Below the pieces are notes generated by a model. It made no database searches, was not told where the DNA came from, and saw only the letters and a list, made by a program, of their open reading frames with translations. From assembly GCA_028864975.1 (NCBI GenBank), contig JAGWLG010000019.1, positions 1-61,982 of the forward strand: DNA of 61,982 nt, read 5' to 3'. Every line of letters begins with the position of its first letter. The first letter of the stretch is position 1. A program made the position numbers and the translations under genes. Shown here in pieces: positions 45,626 through 56,400 of the stretch. This DNA is from Thermoplasmata archaeon. Lineage in GTDB: Archaea; Thermoplasmatota; Thermoplasmata; Lutacidiplasmatales; UBA184.

Positions 45626-45955
45626 ATGGCCCGAGCACCATCCCCCGTCGACCCGGTGGTCGGGGCGCTGATCGTCTACCGAACGTCATGGGAGAGCCCG
45701 ACGCGGGCGAATCAGTTCTGTCAACGGATGTTCGGTCAATCCACCTCGAGCGGAGGGTACCGTTACCGACGCCGAGGCGTGATGGAAGGGATCGCGCACT
45801 GGCGTCCGGCAAGGAACGTCATCGTGGTGAAGGGCGAGGACCGGGACCGGGTCCTCCGGGCGCTAGGCGAGTGGACGCGAGAGATCCACTGCTGGTCGAT
45901 CGTGCTGAAACCGGAGCAGCTCCGGAAGCTGAGCAAGCTCACGGAAGAGCGTTAG
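45626..45955 (+). CDS. Small hypothetical protein, possibly Cas2/VapD-like ferredoxin fold
   Basis: LIVY...F.QRMFG...YRYRRRGVM...NVIVV; fold assignment is inference. Confidence 0.5.
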   Translation: MARAPSPVDPVVGALIVYRTSWESPTRANQFCQRMFGQSTSSGGYRYRRRGVMEGIAHWRPARNVIVVKGEDRDRVLRALGEWTREIHCWSIVLKPEQLRKLSKLTEER

Positions 45956-46122
45956 GCCGACCTATCGGGAACGTCGATCTCCGTCAGAGAGCGGCCGGGA
46001 GAGAGGCGGTGGCTCGAGGTGAAACGGAAATACGTCCCACAGCCGGCGGGGAAGTTGCATTTATATACAAGTGCTCCCTCACTCCGGTTGGATATCGAGG
46101 GAACTCCCTCGAGATGTGACCC

Positions 46123-47742
46123 ATGTTGGCAGGAACCCCCATCTTGGTGCTGAAGGAAGGAGCCGAACGAGAGAAGGGCAAGGGCGCGGTGTCGAACAAC
46201 ATCGCGGCCGCTCGAGCGCTGGCGGATGCGGTCCGTTCGACGCTCGGTCCCCGCGGGATGGACAAGATGCTTGTCGATTCCATGGGCGACATCACGATCA
46301 CGAACGACGGCGTGACCATCCTCAAGGAGGTCGACGTCGAGCACCCCACCGCGAAGATGCTGGTGGAGGTCGCCAAGACGCAGGACCAGCAGTGCGGCGA
46401 CGGCACGACCACGGCGGTCGTGCTCTCCGGAGAGCTCCTGCGCCGCGCGGAGACCCTCATCGAACAGAACGTCCACCCCACGGTCATCACCCGTGGGTTC
46501 TCCATCGCCCGGGAAGAGGCCGAGCGCCTTCTCAAGGCCGAGGTCGGCCACAAGGTGAACCCCCAGGAGGAGCAGACCCTGATCGACGTGGCCGCGACGG
46601 CCATGGGAAGCAAGGGCGTCTACGGCTCGCGCGATGAGCTCGCGAAGCTCACGGTGAAGGCCGTGAAGGCGATCACGGAGCAGCGCGACGGGAAGCCCCT
46701 CGCGGACGTGAGCCTGATCCAGATCGAGAAGAAGCACGGCGGGACCATCGCCGACACCGAGCTGGTCCAGGGCATCCTCCTGGACAAGGAGCGCGGGCAT
46801 CCCCGGATGAACAAGCTGACGAAGGGAGCGAAGATCGCCCTCCTCAACAGCGCCCTCGAGATCAAGAAGACCGAGTTCGAGAGCAAGATCAGCATCAAGG
46901 CCCCCGGCCAGATCCAGAACTTCCTCGACCAGGAGGACAAGACCTTCCGCGAGATGGTCGACGCGATCAAGGCCTCCGGGGCCAACGTCGTCATCTGCCA
47001 GAAGGGCATCGACGATGTCGTCCTCCACTACCTCGCAAAGGCGGGGATCTTCGCCGTGAAGCAGGTGAAGGAGTCCGACATGCAGAAGCTCTCCCGCGCG
47101 ACCGGCGGAAAGGTCATCACCGGCTGGAAGGAGCTGAGCGCGAAGGACCTCGGGAACGCGGGGCAGGTCGAGGAGCGGCAGGTGGGGGATTCCCACATGA
47201 CGTTCGTCACCGACTGCCAGGGCGCGCGCAGCGTCTCGATCCTCATCCGGGGCGGGACGGAGCACGTGACCCAGGAGGTCGAGCGCTCGCTCCACGACTC
47301 GCTCAAGGTCGTCTCCTCCACCATCGAGGACGGGGTCGTCTGTCCCGGTGGCGGCGCGACGGAGATGGAGCTCGCGGTCCGACTGCGCAAGTTCGCCCCC
47401 ACCGTGGGCGGACGTGAGCAGCTCGCCGTGGAGGCCTTCGCTCAGGCGCTCGAGGTCGTCCCGTGGTCCCTCGCCGAGAACGGCGGGTATGACGCGATCA
47501 ACACGATCATCGACCTGCGGAAGGCCCACGAGGGCTCCGGCAAGAACCAGGGGATCAACTTCAAGGAGAACGGCCACCCCTCGGACATGATCACGCAGAA
47601 GGTCGTTGAACCCCTGCGCGTGAAGGCCCAGGCCATCAACTCCGCGACCGAAGTGGCGAACATGGTCCTACGCATCGACGACATTATCGCGTCGAAGAAG
47701 TCCTCCCCGTCGCCGCCCGGCGCGGGCGGCCACGGCCACTGA
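46123..47742 (+). CDS. ths: Thermosome subunit (group II chaperonin)
   Basis: TLGPRGMDKM, TNDG, GDGTTT, GGGA. Confidence 0.97.
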   Translation: MLAGTPILVLKEGAEREKGKGAVSNNIAAARALADAVRSTLGPRGMDKMLVDSMGDITITNDGVTILKEVDVEHPTAKMLVEVAKTQDQQCGDGTTTAVVLSGELLRRAETLIEQNVHPTVITRGFSIAREEAERLLKAEVGHKVNPQEEQTLIDVAATAMGSKGVYGSRDELAKLTVKAVKAITEQRDGKPLADVSLIQIEKKHGGTIADTELVQGILLDKERGHPRMNKLTKGAKIALLNSALEIKKTEFESKISIKAPGQIQNFLDQEDKTFREMVDAIKASGANVVICQKGIDDVVLHYLAKAGIFAVKQVKESDMQKLSRATGGKVITGWKELSAKDLGNAGQVEERQVGDSHMTFVTDCQGARSVSILIRGGTEHVTQEVERSLHDSLKVVSSTIEDGVVCPGGGATEMELAVRLRKFAPTVGGREQLAVEAFAQALEVVPWSLAENGGYDAINTIIDLRKAHEGSGKNQGINFKENGHPSDMITQKVVEPLRVKAQAINSATEVANMVLRIDDIIASKKSSPSPPGAGGHGH

Positions 47743-47839
47743 GCGGCGACCCGACCCTCCCCCCCGGGTCCCTCGCGGGGCCCGGGCGGGGAACCCCTTC
47801 CATCAACCTTTTGTCCACCTCTCTCTGAGGCCCCTCCCC

Positions 47840-48232
47840 ATGCGAACCAAGAAGGCCGAGCGGGTCACCCGCTTCGACGTGATCGGTCTCGAGCCGAAGC
47901 CTGCCCTCTACATCTCCTACGACGGGTTGGGGAAGCTCTCGGAGCGCTCGCTTCTGCGGGATGTCTTGGAGGAGCTCCAGCGAAAGGGGGCCCCGGCGTA
48001 CACCGAGTTCCTGAAGTCCCTGCGTTCCCACCGTTCCGCCTACGTCCACGTCTACTTCTCCGATTACGTGAGCTATGGGATCGGAGGGGGCGATGCGACG
48101 GCCGAGTTCTTCTTCGGCACCTACCTCCTGCTCCACGACGCGGCCACGGGTGGGGAATCCGGCTCGCGCGAAGCGCTCACGCTCGTCCACCCCGCGGTCC
48201 GTCCCGAGCGCGTCGAGCTCGCCGAAGCGTAG
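47840..48232 (+). CDS. Hypothetical protein
   Basis: 130-aa ORF with typical codon usage; AT-richer promoter-like tract upstream (ccttttg). Confidence 0.6.
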   Translation: MRTKKAERVTRFDVIGLEPKPALYISYDGLGKLSERSLLRDVLEELQRKGAPAYTEFLKSLRSHRSAYVHVYFSDYVSYGIGGGDATAEFFFGTYLLLHDAATGGESGSREALTLVHPAVRPERVELAEA

Positions 48233-48481
48233 GGCCGGTTTTACCTCGAGAAAACGCGTCGTGGGACGCGTCCGCGGTCTCGAACGGCATCACGTTTATA
48301 TCATGCCGTGTGGTGGCGTGCCATACCTGGCGCTGACGGCGGTACCCTCGGAGGGAAGCGTCCTCTGGGAGCACTACCCGGGCGGCGCACGGGAGCGCAC
48401 ATCCCCGTGAAGGAGCTTCGGAGCCGAAGGTCAGAAAGTGCCGCCGTCGTGGGCGGCCTGACCCGTGGTGCCCGGGAGCTC

Positions 48482-50707
48482 GTGGAGCTTTCGAAGAAGG
48501 CTTTGCGTACGCTCGGCGTGCTCCTCCTGTTCGCGGCGGTGCTCTTCCTTGCGGTCCCCTCGGTCTCGGGCTCGCTCACCCATCCGAGCGCGGCCCTCCC
48601 CCATGAGGCCCCTGCCACCCTGGCGAAGGTGCTCTCCGAGAGGACCCCGACGCCCAAGGGCGTCCCAGCGGGCATGGTCAAGATGACCGCGGCCAACCAC
48701 CCCTGCTGGCCGATCAACAAGAACCAGACCGCCTGTATCCAGGTCGATGTGGCGAACTTCTCCCAGCCTGACGTGATCCCGGACCCCCGCTCGGGCGCGC
48801 TGAACACGAGCTGGAGGCTCTACCCTGCCGCGGACCAGGACATCCACTTCCAGGTCCTCTCGACCTACGACCTCGCGAACTGCAACATCTACAACCCCCC
48901 CGCCTGGATGGGCGGCTGCACGCCGGGGGCCAACGGGGGACCGGCGACAGGGCCGCAGGCGATGTACTCCGGGTGGGACGCCTACCTTTACCTGACCGTG
49001 GTCGACGTGATGTGGCAGGACGTCTGTTGGTTCTGCGACAACGACGGCACCCAGTGGCACGCGAACGCCGGTCAGACCTGGTCGCCCCAGGCGATGCACC
49101 CCTACAGCGGCGACGCGACGCACCGCTGGGTCGCGGACCTGAACATCTCCGCCTTCGGAGGTAATGGGGCCGAGAACTTCCCGAACGGCACGTGGGTGAT
49201 GTGGAACGTCTCGACGAACTACTGGAACGGGACCTCCTCGGGGGGACCGCTCAACATCATCCGGCAGTGCGCTCCGTCGTGCAGCGGTGGGGTCACGGCC
49301 GCACCGCAGATGTTCTACTACTTCACCCGGAACTTCTGGTACTACGACAGCGCCCCGCTCGGCGTGACGCCTCCGTACGGTCCCAACTACGCCAACATGG
49401 TCACGGGGGGCGGGCCGAACGCCTTCGCGGCCAATGTCAACTTATCCTACTTCCCGGTCGTACCGGCCATCGGCGACCAGGTCTTCGTGGACCTGAAGAC
49501 CCAGTCGGTCGAGAACTTCTCCGGCGGGGCGATCAACATCCGCGCGACGTTGATCGTGCTGAACGCTTGGTACCCCAACGGGACGTTCTGGAGGACGTGG
49601 GCGAGCGGCTTCACCCCTCTCGCCTATCCGTACAACAATACCTGGCACGCGAGGGTGACGTTACCCCTAGACTTCTTCGCCCATAGCGGGACGAGGGTCC
49701 AGTGGTTCATTCAGGCGTACGACTCGTACGGCCACATGGTGCAATCGCGGAACTTTACCCAGATCGTCTCGAAGATCGGGGAGTGTCCCAACGGCAATTT
49801 CACGGCTTGTCTCAACGTCACGACCGTCCCGCCGGCGATCGAGACCGAGGGATGGAAGGGCTGGCTCAATACGACACCCCCGAGCATCCCCGGGGTCGGG
49901 ATCAACCAGGACGTGAACGTCACGATCACGACCTTCAACCGTTCCGTCGACATCCAGGCGGCCTACATCATCATCCATGTCACCTACGCGACCACCGGGG
50001 GGTCGGGAGCCGCGTTATACACGATGCATCGGATCACGTTCAATCAGTACTACTTCGACATCCCCGGGCTGCCCGAAGGGAGCAACGTCACGTTCGTGAT
50101 CAAGGCCTACGACTTCAACCTGACCAACGTGCTCTCGCACCCGTACAAGTTCTTCGTCCCGTTCGAGGTCTTCCCCCCGGCCGCGTACTGCTTCTTCTAC
50201 ATCTTCGTTTACAACGCGGCGACGGACCAGCCGGTGAACGGGGCGAACGTCACGATCATCGGTCTCGCGGGGACGATCCATATCGCGACGGTCACTTCGC
50301 TCAATGGGGCGGCCTACCCCAACGTGACCGGGCAGCCTTGGACGCCGCGCTTCCTGCCCGCGAACAACTCCTTCACGATCCGGGTCCAGATCCGCGGGTT
50401 CGTGGGGGTGGGTCTGGCGCCGCCGGATACCATCCGAACCAACTTGTTCTGCACCCACGTGATGAACAAGACCCAGGTCCTGGCCCAGACCTCGAACTAC
50501 CAGGCCGTGCTCAAGAACAGCGTGCTCAACATCACGATCAACTCGCCCCCTCCGCCCCCGATCTTCTCCGCGGCGGTGTTCCCGGGCATCGGGGTGGGCG
50601 TCGCGGGAGGGATGATCGCGACCGGGGTCATCCTGATCCCGGTGTACCTCTACTGGCGGAAGCTCCGTGAGGTCGCGGAGGCCGAGGAGAAGCGGATCAC
50701 GCTATGA
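48482..50707 (+). CDS. Surface protein 1 with signal peptide, C-terminal TM and AEEKRITL tail
   Basis: MELSKKALRTLGVLLLF signal (GTG 48482), many N-x-S/T sequons, Ig-like segments, TM followed by WRKLREVAEAEEKRITL. Confidence 0.82.
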   Translation: MELSKKALRTLGVLLLFAAVLFLAVPSVSGSLTHPSAALPHEAPATLAKVLSERTPTPKGVPAGMVKMTAANHPCWPINKNQTACIQVDVANFSQPDVIPDPRSGALNTSWRLYPAADQDIHFQVLSTYDLANCNIYNPPAWMGGCTPGANGGPATGPQAMYSGWDAYLYLTVVDVMWQDVCWFCDNDGTQWHANAGQTWSPQAMHPYSGDATHRWVADLNISAFGGNGAENFPNGTWVMWNVSTNYWNGTSSGGPLNIIRQCAPSCSGGVTAAPQMFYYFTRNFWYYDSAPLGVTPPYGPNYANMVTGGGPNAFAANVNLSYFPVVPAIGDQVFVDLKTQSVENFSGGAINIRATLIVLNAWYPNGTFWRTWASGFTPLAYPYNNTWHARVTLPLDFFAHSGTRVQWFIQAYDSYGHMVQSRNFTQIVSKIGECPNGNFTACLNVTTVPPAIETEGWKGWLNTTPPSIPGVGINQDVNVTITTFNRSVDIQAAYIIIHVTYATTGGSGAALYTMHRITFNQYYFDIPGLPEGSNVTFVIKAYDFNLTNVLSHPYKFFVPFEVFPPAAYCFFYIFVYNAATDQPVNGANVTIIGLAGTIHIATVTSLNGAAYPNVTGQPWTPRFLPANNSFTIRVQIRGFVGVGLAPPDTIRTNLFCTHVMNKTQVLAQTSNYQAVLKNSVLNITINSPPPPPIFSAAVFPGIGVGVAGGMIATGVILIPVYLYWRKLREVAEAEEKRITL

Positions 50708-53394
50708 GCGAGAACATCCGACGGCTCCTGGGTCTGTCGCTCTTCCTCCTGATGGCGTTGCTGATCCTCGTTCCGACGGGGGCGGGCCTTGCGGTCTTCC
50801 AGGCGCCCACCTCCGACGCGTCCCCCACCGCGGGCGCTGCCGCTCAGCCGACGATGGTGACCCTGCCCTCTCATCACCTTCGGTCGGACCCTTCGTCACC
50901 CACGACCTCCTCTACGACGGGCCCGGCTCCCCGCTCGACCCCCACCGGTCCCTGCGCCCCGAGCAGTCCCTCCGCCATCGCCTGGGCCAACAACGTCACG
51001 ACCACGATCAGCTTGTTCGGCGCTTCCCAGGTCGTCCCCTACGTGAACTCCGTGAGCGGTTACGCCCGCTCGGTCCAGGTCACCATCCAGACCCCGGCGA
51101 ACGTGCCCATTGAGCAGGCCGAGATCACGGTCTGGGCGGTGGGCTGGAACAACCAGTCGCTCAATTCGACCCTCCCCAACGCCCCGGGCGTCTTCTCCAT
51201 GACGGTGGACCAGAATGTTCCCACGAAGAACATCGCCACCGGTCAGCTGAACGATTTCAAGTTCTTCCCGCCGGGCTCGACCGTCTACTTCAACATGAGC
51301 CTGGTCCAGAACGTGACGGACCCGAGCAACTGGACCTCCCCCTGCTGGGCGGGCGCCTTCAACGCCCCCTGGAACCCGGCCCCCGCCGCGCCGGCGCCGC
51401 AACCCACCTGGGCCTACCGCATCGGGAACGGCTGGCCGAGCCCGGTCTTCGAGAACGACATCCAGATCACCGCGACGCCCAACGTCATGAACGGCGTCCA
51501 ACCGGACCCCTTCCAGTCCGTCTATTTCTACCTCAACTCCAGCAAGATCAACATGAACATCGGGGGTCCGCTCGGGGGAGCCCGGCTCTACTACTTCCTC
51601 CACAATCGCACATGCGACAACAAGAACGCCCAAGGCTGCCCGGGTGGGGCCTCGTTCTGCAGCGCGAACGCGACCTTCGAGGTCTCCTGCTACGGCGGGG
51701 TCCCCACGGGGGTGGGGCCGTTCTATGAGGCGGGGGACGTCATCGACTTCTATTTCGAGGCCTTCATCTCGAACGACGTCGGGGTCTACAACAAGATCTT
51801 CTCAAGGTCGTACTCCTACACCGTAAGCGCCGGAGGCACTTGGTGTCAACCCGATAGCGGGTACAACTTCTATGGGTGGTCCGGGAGCGCGCTCCCACCC
51901 TACAACGTTCCCGACCCGACGAACCATCCCACGTGGGTGAACAACGGGAACTACTCCGGCCGCGCGGACCCGGTCACGCTGAACCTCTCCGGCCCGGTGA
52001 CCGAGATCGCGGTGTACAACGCGGTGGGCTCGGCTCCCGCCTTTGCCTCCGCTTCGCTCGTGGACCCGAGCCAGGTCGTTGCGCCTCACCCCGGTATCCT
52101 CCTGCCTGCCCCCCCCGCCGCTCCGGTCGTGCCCAACATCGCTGGGAACACCCTGGTCACGTTCACCGAGACCGGCCTTCCCGCGGGGACGGTCTGGTCC
52201 GTCCTCTTCGGGACGCAGAACGTCTCCTCACCGACGGCCTCGATCTCGTTCAGCGTGGCGGCGGGCCAGAACTACTCCTACACCGTCACGACCCCGATCT
52301 CCGCGGGGAAGGTCTTCGTCCGGTACGTGGCCTCCCCCTTCGCCGGGTGGTTCTACGTCGGAGGCTCTCCGGTCTCCCAGGGCATCAACTTCACCGCGCA
52401 GGTCTACCTGGACATCATCCAGAGCCCGTGGAACGCGGGGAACGTCTCGACGAACCCCACGGCCTACGGCCGCAACTCGGGGTGGTACGACAACAACTCG
52501 GAAGTGACGCTCACCGCGATCGGGTACTTCGGCTTCCCCTACTTCCTGATCCTGAGCGCGGGGCACTCCGTGCCCTTCCCGATGACCTACGTCATCTCTT
52601 CGAGCACGAACGACTCCGTCATCCCCGCCTTCGGAGGCATCCTGAACCTGACGATCTCCAGCCGAAACACGACGACGGCGATCGCCTACGCCTACGTCTT
52701 CTTCAACGAGACCTACAACGGCCAGGCGCTCTCCGGCGTCGTGCTGATGAACGAAGAGAACTCGACGGTCTTCTACACCGGGGACGGAACCCAGATCAAC
52801 GACCCCTCCGACATCGGGCCCTTCCCTCCCGGGGTGAACATCACGCTCTTCGTGCTCGCCTACGACGAGCTGGGGTGTCCGCTGCGGTCGGACACCTACC
52901 ACTTCCACACCGAGACCGGCACGCCACCCACCGTCGACTCCCGGACGTTCTTCTACGTCGTGGTGTACGACGAGGCGAAGAACCAGTACATCCCCAACGT
53001 GCCGGTGAACATGTCCAACGCGACCTGGTGGGACATCTGCTTCACCAACACGTTCGGGTTCTGCTACCCGAACGCCACCTACTCGTCGACGCCGCTCTAC
53101 CTCTCCTACGGGTGGTACAACGTCACCGTGCAGTACGACGGGCAGGTCCAGAGCGTCTCGTACTACCTCAATCCGACCTCGAACAAGACGCTGACGTTCA
53201 TCTTCAATTCGGCGGAACACCATCCGCCAATCTACTCGGAGCCGACGCAGGGGTTCTCGCCGTACCCGCCGTACGCCCCGTTACCGCTGCTCTTAGGGCT
53301 CATCCTAGCGGGAGCGCTCGGCATTCCGATCGTGCTCATGTGGCTCGAGCAGCGGCGCAAGGCGGCCGCCGAGGAGAAGCGCATCACCCTGTAG
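50704..53394 (+). CDS. Surface protein 2 with signal peptide, thermopsin-type repeat, C-terminal TM and AEEKRITL tail
   Basis: Signal peptide, VTFTETGLPAGTVWSV repeat, TM followed by WLEQRRKAAAEEKRITL; ATGA overlap with the previous gene. Confidence 0.85.
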   Translation: MSENIRRLLGLSLFLLMALLILVPTGAGLAVFQAPTSDASPTAGAAAQPTMVTLPSHHLRSDPSSPTTSSTTGPAPRSTPTGPCAPSSPSAIAWANNVTTTISLFGASQVVPYVNSVSGYARSVQVTIQTPANVPIEQAEITVWAVGWNNQSLNSTLPNAPGVFSMTVDQNVPTKNIATGQLNDFKFFPPGSTVYFNMSLVQNVTDPSNWTSPCWAGAFNAPWNPAPAAPAPQPTWAYRIGNGWPSPVFENDIQITATPNVMNGVQPDPFQSVYFYLNSSKINMNIGGPLGGARLYYFLHNRTCDNKNAQGCPGGASFCSANATFEVSCYGGVPTGVGPFYEAGDVIDFYFEAFISNDVGVYNKIFSRSYSYTVSAGGTWCQPDSGYNFYGWSGSALPPYNVPDPTNHPTWVNNGNYSGRADPVTLNLSGPVTEIAVYNAVGSAPAFASASLVDPSQVVAPHPGILLPAPPAAPVVPNIAGNTLVTFTETGLPAGTVWSVLFGTQNVSSPTASISFSVAAGQNYSYTVTTPISAGKVFVRYVASPFAGWFYVGGSPVSQGINFTAQVYLDIIQSPWNAGNVSTNPTAYGRNSGWYDNNSEVTLTAIGYFGFPYFLILSAGHSVPFPMTYVISSSTNDSVIPAFGGILNLTISSRNTTTAIAYAYVFFNETYNGQALSGVVLMNEENSTVFYTGDGTQINDPSDIGPFPPGVNITLFVLAYDELGCPLRSDTYHFHTETGTPPTVDSRTFFYVVVYDEAKNQYIPNVPVNMSNATWWDICFTNTFGFCYPNATYSSTPLYLSYGWYNVTVQYDGQVQSVSYYLNPTSNKTLTFIFNSAEHHPPIYSEPTQGFSPYPPYAPLPLLLGLILAGALGIPIVLMWLEQRRKAAAEEKRITL

Positions 53395-53434
53395 CGGAGC
53401 GCATCAGGATTCACCCCAAAGGAAGGAGACGAAC

Positions 53435-56400
53435 ATGGCCTACGGAGGACAAGGAACGCCGCCGAACCAGTACCGACCGCGACCCCAGGGACAGGTGGGG
53501 AACCCCTACGACGTGATGGGGGGCTTCTTCCCGGTCTCCGCGCCCGGGGCCCGCCCACCTCCGCCCCAGGGTTCTCCATACGCCCCCGTCCCGGCCCGTC
53601 CTGGCTATCCTCCCCAGTACCGGCCGGTGCCCGTGCGGCCCCCGGTCCAGCCGTACCCCGCGGGAGGGCGACCCCCGCCGGGGGCGCTGGCGGTCCCGCC
53701 GAGGGGAGGGCCCCCTCAGGCCGGGCGGCCTCCCGCGCCGAAGAAGAAGAAGGGCTACTCGAAGGAGGAGATGGTCTTCATCGCGCTCGGGATCGGACTC
53801 ATCCTGGTCGGGGGGTTCCTGATCCCGACGTTCAACCTTCTGATGAACGTCCAGTCGGCCGGACAGTTCATCGCCAACACGAACGCGGGCTACCTGCCGA
53901 ACTCGGGCACGCAGGCCATCCAGCTGACCGCGGGGACGGTCCAACCTGGTCAGACGATCATGATCATGGACCAGATTGCCACGATCAAGTACCTTCCCGT
54001 CCAGCAGATCACGACCATCAATTACACCAGCATCTCTCCGCAGGACAACCAGCACCTGGACATCGCGCAGAAGCTCTTTGGGGTCTTCAGCGGGAACCTC
54101 CAGAACCAGTACAACTTCCAGGTCGGGCAGTATGTCCTGCTCACCTTCAAGGTCGTCTCGGCGACGGTCCCCGGGAACCCCAACGGCTCGTCCTACCTGA
54201 CCCTGGACGCGGCGTGGCAGGCCAGCTGGAACGCCTTCGACAACAGCTTCACGGGGCTCAAGGCCTTCTCGCTCGACCCTGCGGTCATCCAGCCGTACCC
54301 CGCCCCGCTGTACGATGGCCTCTTCGTGGCCATGATCGTCGCGGGGGCCGGGCTGCTCCTGGTCGCGATGATGTGGCCGAAGCGGCTCAAGCTCTTCTTC
54401 AAGATCTCGACCAAGGACCCGCAGCACCTCGTTCCCGTGGTGATGTTCTTCCTTTCGATCCTCTGCATGGTCTTCCTGCCGTTCTACCCGTGGTGGATGG
54501 TCCTGATCTTCTCCGTCCTGCTCGCTTTCACGGCCCACAAGATGCCGCAGCTGGCGGTCATCCTGTTAGGGATGCTCATGCTGGCCGAAGTGGGCTACCA
54601 GGCCCCCGAGCTGGCGCTCATCTTCGTCTTCGGGCTTCTGCCGCTCTTGGGCGCGACCCTGGTGGACTGGCGGATCGGCCTGGGGGGCATGTTCGTCATC
54701 GCGCTCGCGCCCTACGGGCTCTCGTTCATCGTGCCGATCATGATGGCGATGATCTTCTCGCTCATGCTCGGCGTGGCCGTCGCGGCCGCTGGGGGGCTCG
54801 TCCTCTCCATCTTCGTGACCCTCGGGAACTTCCCGGTGCTGGGCTGGATGGTCGGGAACGCCCACTCGGGGCTTCCCACGTACGTGAACGGGCATCCCCA
54901 GGACCTGGCCCCCGTTCGGTGGAACTGGTCCTTCGCGGACCTCTGGAACGCCTACGCGAACGTCGCGAGCCCGAACGGCGTGGTCCTATCCACGGGATCC
55001 CAGGGCATCGAGGCGTTCTGGTCCCCCCTCACCATGATCGCGGTCTGGTGCGTCGCCGCCTGGCTCGCGCACCTCCTGATCCTGGACCGCACCAAGATGA
55101 CCCCTGCCCGCTGGGCGAAGCACTCCTTGGTCGGGGGCGGCATGATCACGGGGGTCGCCTTCGGCGAGCTGGTGGCCTTCAGCCAGTTCCAGGGCGCGGC
55201 CGGCATCCTGGTCATCGGGATCATCCCCGCGATGCTTTGCGCGACGGCCGCCGGGATGGTGCTGCGCGAGACGTTCCAGGCCTACTTCACGAGCAAGCTG
55301 GGCGGGACCGCGGTCGGTACACGTATCGCCGAGATGGCCACCCTCCACAAGGTCTCTTTCGAGATGGTGGGCGGACTGGGCGACGTGAAGGCCGACATCA
55401 AGGAGTCGATGATCATCCCGCTGATGAGGAAGGACGTGACCAGCAAGTTCGGGCTCGAGCCCCCGAAGGGGATCCTGCTGTTCGGGCCACCCGGCTGCGG
55501 GAAGACCATGCTCATGAAGGCGCTCGCGAACGAGCTGGGCGTCGAGATGATCTCGGTCAAGTGCTCGGACCTGATGAGCAAGTGGTACGGTGAGTCCGAA
55601 GGGAAGGTCGCCGAGCTGTTCAAGACGGCCAAGGAGCGGGCACCCTGCATCCTGTTCATGGATGAGGTCGACGCGCTCGCCAAGCGTCGCGACATGTACA
55701 GCGCGGACGATGTGTCGCCCCGTCTGTTGTCCATCATGCTGAGCGAGATGGACGGCATGGACAAGACCGGCGGGGTCATCATCGTGGCCACCACGAACAA
55801 GCCCGAGATGATCGACCCGGCCATGATGCGTCCTGGGCGTCTGGACAAGATCATCTACGTGCCGCCGCCCGACTTCAACGAGCGGGCCGACGTCATCAAG
55901 GTCCACCTGTTCGGTAAGCCGGTCTCGCCCGACATCGACCTGACCGAGATCGCGAAGAAGACCGAGCGGTTCTCGGGCGCCGACCTGGCGAACCTCGTGC
56001 GTGAGGCCGCGACGATCGCGATGAAGCGCTCGATGATGACCGGGGTCGCCTCGATCATCTCGATGGAGGACTTCCGGACCGTCATGCCCCGCATCAAGCC
56101 CTCGATCTCGCTGAGGATGATCGAGGAGTACGAGCGGCTCAAGATGGACTTCGAGCGTAAGATGCACCAGGTCCAGCGGGCCGAGCGCAAGGTCGTCGTG
56201 AAGTGGGACGACGTGGGCGGGCTCGAGGACATCAAGAAGGCGCTCAAGGAGTACGTCGAGCTGCCGCTGACCAAGCCCGAGCTGATGGAGGAGTACAAGC
56301 TCAAGACCGGACGCGGGATCCTGCTGTTCGGTCCGCCGGGATGCGGGAAGACCCACATCATGCGGGCCGCGTCCAACGAGCTCAACGTGCCCATCCAGAT

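Noticed and set aside
45952-47577. Long antisense ORFs (also 54986..56746, 42548..43939, 41016..42653, 16389..17528, 13124..14284) and same-strand off-frame ORFs (31122..32885, 51876..53516)
   Set aside because: Shadows of well-supported genes, caused by high GC3 and stop-codon scarcity; no domain motifs.
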